64,000 nt of DNA, from NCBI GenBank assembly GCA_963777505.1, contig CAVZQN010000004.1, forward strand, positions 512,001 through 576,000, given 5' to 3'. Position numbers and translations under genes: made by a program. Below the pieces are notes generated by a model. It did no database searches. It was not told the DNA's origin and saw only the letters and a list, made by a program, of their open reading frames with translations. This document shows, piece by piece, positions 62,127 through 64,000 of the stretch (positions are counted from its first letter, which is position 1; every line of letters starts with the position of its first letter). The DNA comes from an uncultured bacterium (GTDB lineage: Bacteria > Acidobacteriota > HRBIN11 > JAKEFK01).

Positions 62127-62200
62127 GGCCCTGTAGCTCAGTTGGATAGAGCAGCGGTTTCCTAAACCGTGTGTCGGGAGTTCGACTCTCTCCAGGGCCA
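62127..62200 (+). tRNA. tRNA-Arg (CCT); CCA not encoded
   Basis: Acceptor stem GGCCCTG/CAGGGCC; anticodon arm GCGGT-TTCCTAA-ACCGT; GTTCGACTC. Confidence 0.93.
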
Positions 62201-62373
62201 CTAACTGATTTCAGATTTCAGATGTTAGATTTCAGATTGAAAGTATCCTGCCCGCTCGTTGATCCACGCAAAACGACCTTCTTTCATCATTCAGCTTTCA
62301 TAATTCCTGTTTGACTGTCTAATTTGGGGATTTTTCTGAAATCCGTGCGTTATTCAATAATGGAGCAAAACAA

Positions 62374-62859
62374 ATGAATAGAATCAACAAAATCGCAAGC
62401 TACGATATTGGGGCGGTTGTTCAGAACAAAGAACCAGAAGCACCGTCACAGCAAGCTCAGCCTGCGGCTAATTTTGGCATTGCAAACACTGCGGATATTT
62501 TTGAGTCGAATGTATCGAATAATCCCGACTTTCAGCAACCGCAACCTCAAAATTTTTCTGAAATGCAGTCATCTACAACGAAAGATACAACCGTGAACGC
62601 TTCTTTCTTTTTCTTACATCTGTTTGAAACTCTACGTCGAACAGAGGAAGACCAATTAAAACAACACACGGCCGAGTCAGATAAGTTGTTAGGAGAGAAA
62701 GAATCGTTGGCGTTGCTTATTGACAAGATGAGTGAACTCAAAGGATCGGAAGATGTTGCTATTCCCGAAATTGCAAAGCAATCCGTAATTCAGAATAACG
62801 ATGTTCCACCGGCAGTTTCATTTGATCCAGACATTCGAAAGCTTATTAACGAAGAATAA
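62374..62859 (+). CDS. Orphan protein with a disordered N-terminus and coiled-coil core
   Basis: RBS GGAG; fills the intergenic gap. Confidence 0.65.
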   Translation: MNRINKIASYDIGAVVQNKEPEAPSQQAQPAANFGIANTADIFESNVSNNPDFQQPQPQNFSEMQSSTTKDTTVNASFFFLHLFETLRRTEEDQLKQHTAESDKLLGEKESLALLIDKMSELKGSEDVAIPEIAKQSVIQNNDVPPAVSFDPDIRKLINEE

Positions 62860-62945
62860 GTAAGTAGGTAAGTACACGACAGATCAGCTCCACCATTTCA
62901 GGTTTCCGCATTTGGGAACTCACGCCGATCATTTATAATGTGCGC

Positions 62946-64000
62946 ATGCGAAATCTCAAATTATTTGTTGCGATATTTGTATTACTAAGTGACTTTGTTG
63001 TTGCACAAAATCCGTATGAGCCGGATAAACCGGAGGCGGGTTCTGTGGAAGCGATTGCGCGCGATACGACAGATCCGAAATTTATGAATCCATGGGTTGC
63101 TTATGTGCCGGACTCAGCTACAGTCCCTTCACCAACTGAGTATCTAGGACATATCGTGGGAGCGGCAGGTGAACTCACACATACGGCTAAGATCTATGGT
63201 TATCTGCGTGAGCTTGCAAAAGCATCTGATCGCGTGGAAGTAGAAGTGCTCGGCAAAACAGAAGAAGGGCGCGAGATCCTTCTGTTGATTGTTTCCGATG
63301 AACAGAACATCAAAAATCTTGCGCAGATCAAGCAGGCTACCGCGGCTCTCGCTGATCCACGTAAAACGTCACCGGAAGAAGCCGAACAGATCATCAAGTC
63401 GGCAAAGGCGATTTATTACTTCAATGCGGGTTTACATTCCACAGAAACGGGAAGTCCCGAAATGGTAATGGAGATGGCGTACCGCCTTGCGGTAAGCGAA
63501 CAGCCGCACATTCAGGAGATTCGCCGGAATGTGGTGGTGTTGATCAATCCTGTTTCCGAGCCGGATGGCCGCGACAAAGTTGTGGACTGGTTCTATCGAT
63601 ATCTTAAAGGCAAAACCGATTTCGATAATCTACCCCGGCGTACTCCTCCGTTCTGGGGTCAATATGTTTTTCATGACAACAATCGCGACTCACATCAGCA
63701 CGCATTGAAACTCACGCAAGCGGTCCATAAAATGTTTTACGATTACCATCCAATCGTCATGCATGATCTGCATGAATCCATTCCGTTGCTACTCGTTTGG
63801 AACGGGACCGGTCCATGGAATCCAAATCTCGATCCGATTGTGATTAGCGAAGCATTTGAAACGGCGCTGCACGAAATGACAACACTGACCGGATTTGGAA
63901 TGCCAGGAGTGTGGACCTGGGGCTTCGGTGAAGGCTGGGGACACCATTATCTTGATTCGCTGGCGATGAATCACAACGCGCTGGGACGCGGTTACGAAAC
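62946..64000 (+). CDS. Exported M14 zinc carboxypeptidase family protein (runs off the window)
   Basis: Manual translation: MRNLKLFVAIFVLL signal, VPSP..YLG, GKTEEGR, GLHSTE, EPDGRD, HDNNRD, HDLHE. Confidence 0.88.
   Translation, partial: MRNLKLFVAIFVLLSDFVVAQNPYEPDKPEAGSVEAIARDTTDPKFMNPWVAYVPDSATVPSPTEYLGHIVGAAGELTHTAKIYGYLRELAKASDRVEVEVLGKTEEGREILLLIVSDEQNIKNLAQIKQATAALADPRKTSPEEAEQIIKSAKAIYYFNAGLHSTETGSPEMVMEMAYRLAVSEQPHIQEIRRNVVVLINPVSEPDGRDKVVDWFYRYLKGKTDFDNLPRRTPPFWGQYVFHDNNRDSHQHALKLTQAVHKMFYDYHPIVMHDLHESIPLLLVWNGTGPWNPNLDPIVISEAFETALHEMTTLTGFGMPGVWTWGFGEGWGHHYLDSLAMNHNALGRGYE

Overview
A 64-kb bacterial chromosomal window of moderately low GC. Its gene content resembles Acidobacteriota (secreted TPR-CHAT protein, Ser/Thr kinase-TolB_N-TPR receptor, tal-pgi fusion); that assignment is inference only. 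Most of the window is housekeeping or metabolic: the pentose-phosphate cluster rpiB/tal-pgi/gnd/pgl, tatAC, truA, uppS-cdsA-dxr-rseP, a sigma54 two-component pair, scpB-rluB-hisC, apt, two tRNA-Pro and a tRNA-Arg(CCT). Accessory genes are interleaved: higBA, a DddP-like M24 enzyme, a Tat-signal arginase-family protein, a prokaryotic RING-TM operon, a P450, peptidases and three orphan proteins with disordered N-termini. I found no CRISPR array, rRNA, integrase or transposase. At least four families of short intergenic repeats (REP/REPIN-like) are present. About nine genes carry single-base frameshifts, several in homopolymers, which most likely are long-read assembly errors. Best leads: (1) a lipoprotein+higBA module sitting inside an inverted pair of a modular REP-like repeat; (2) a RING-TM + DUF805/SRPBCC operon behind a perfect sigma70 promoter with an overlapping operator; (3) three scattered orphans with type III-like export N-termini; (4) a divergent PM20D1-like / NAPE-PLD-like pair; (5) a regulated DddP homolog. 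All product calls come from motif recognition by eye, not database searches.
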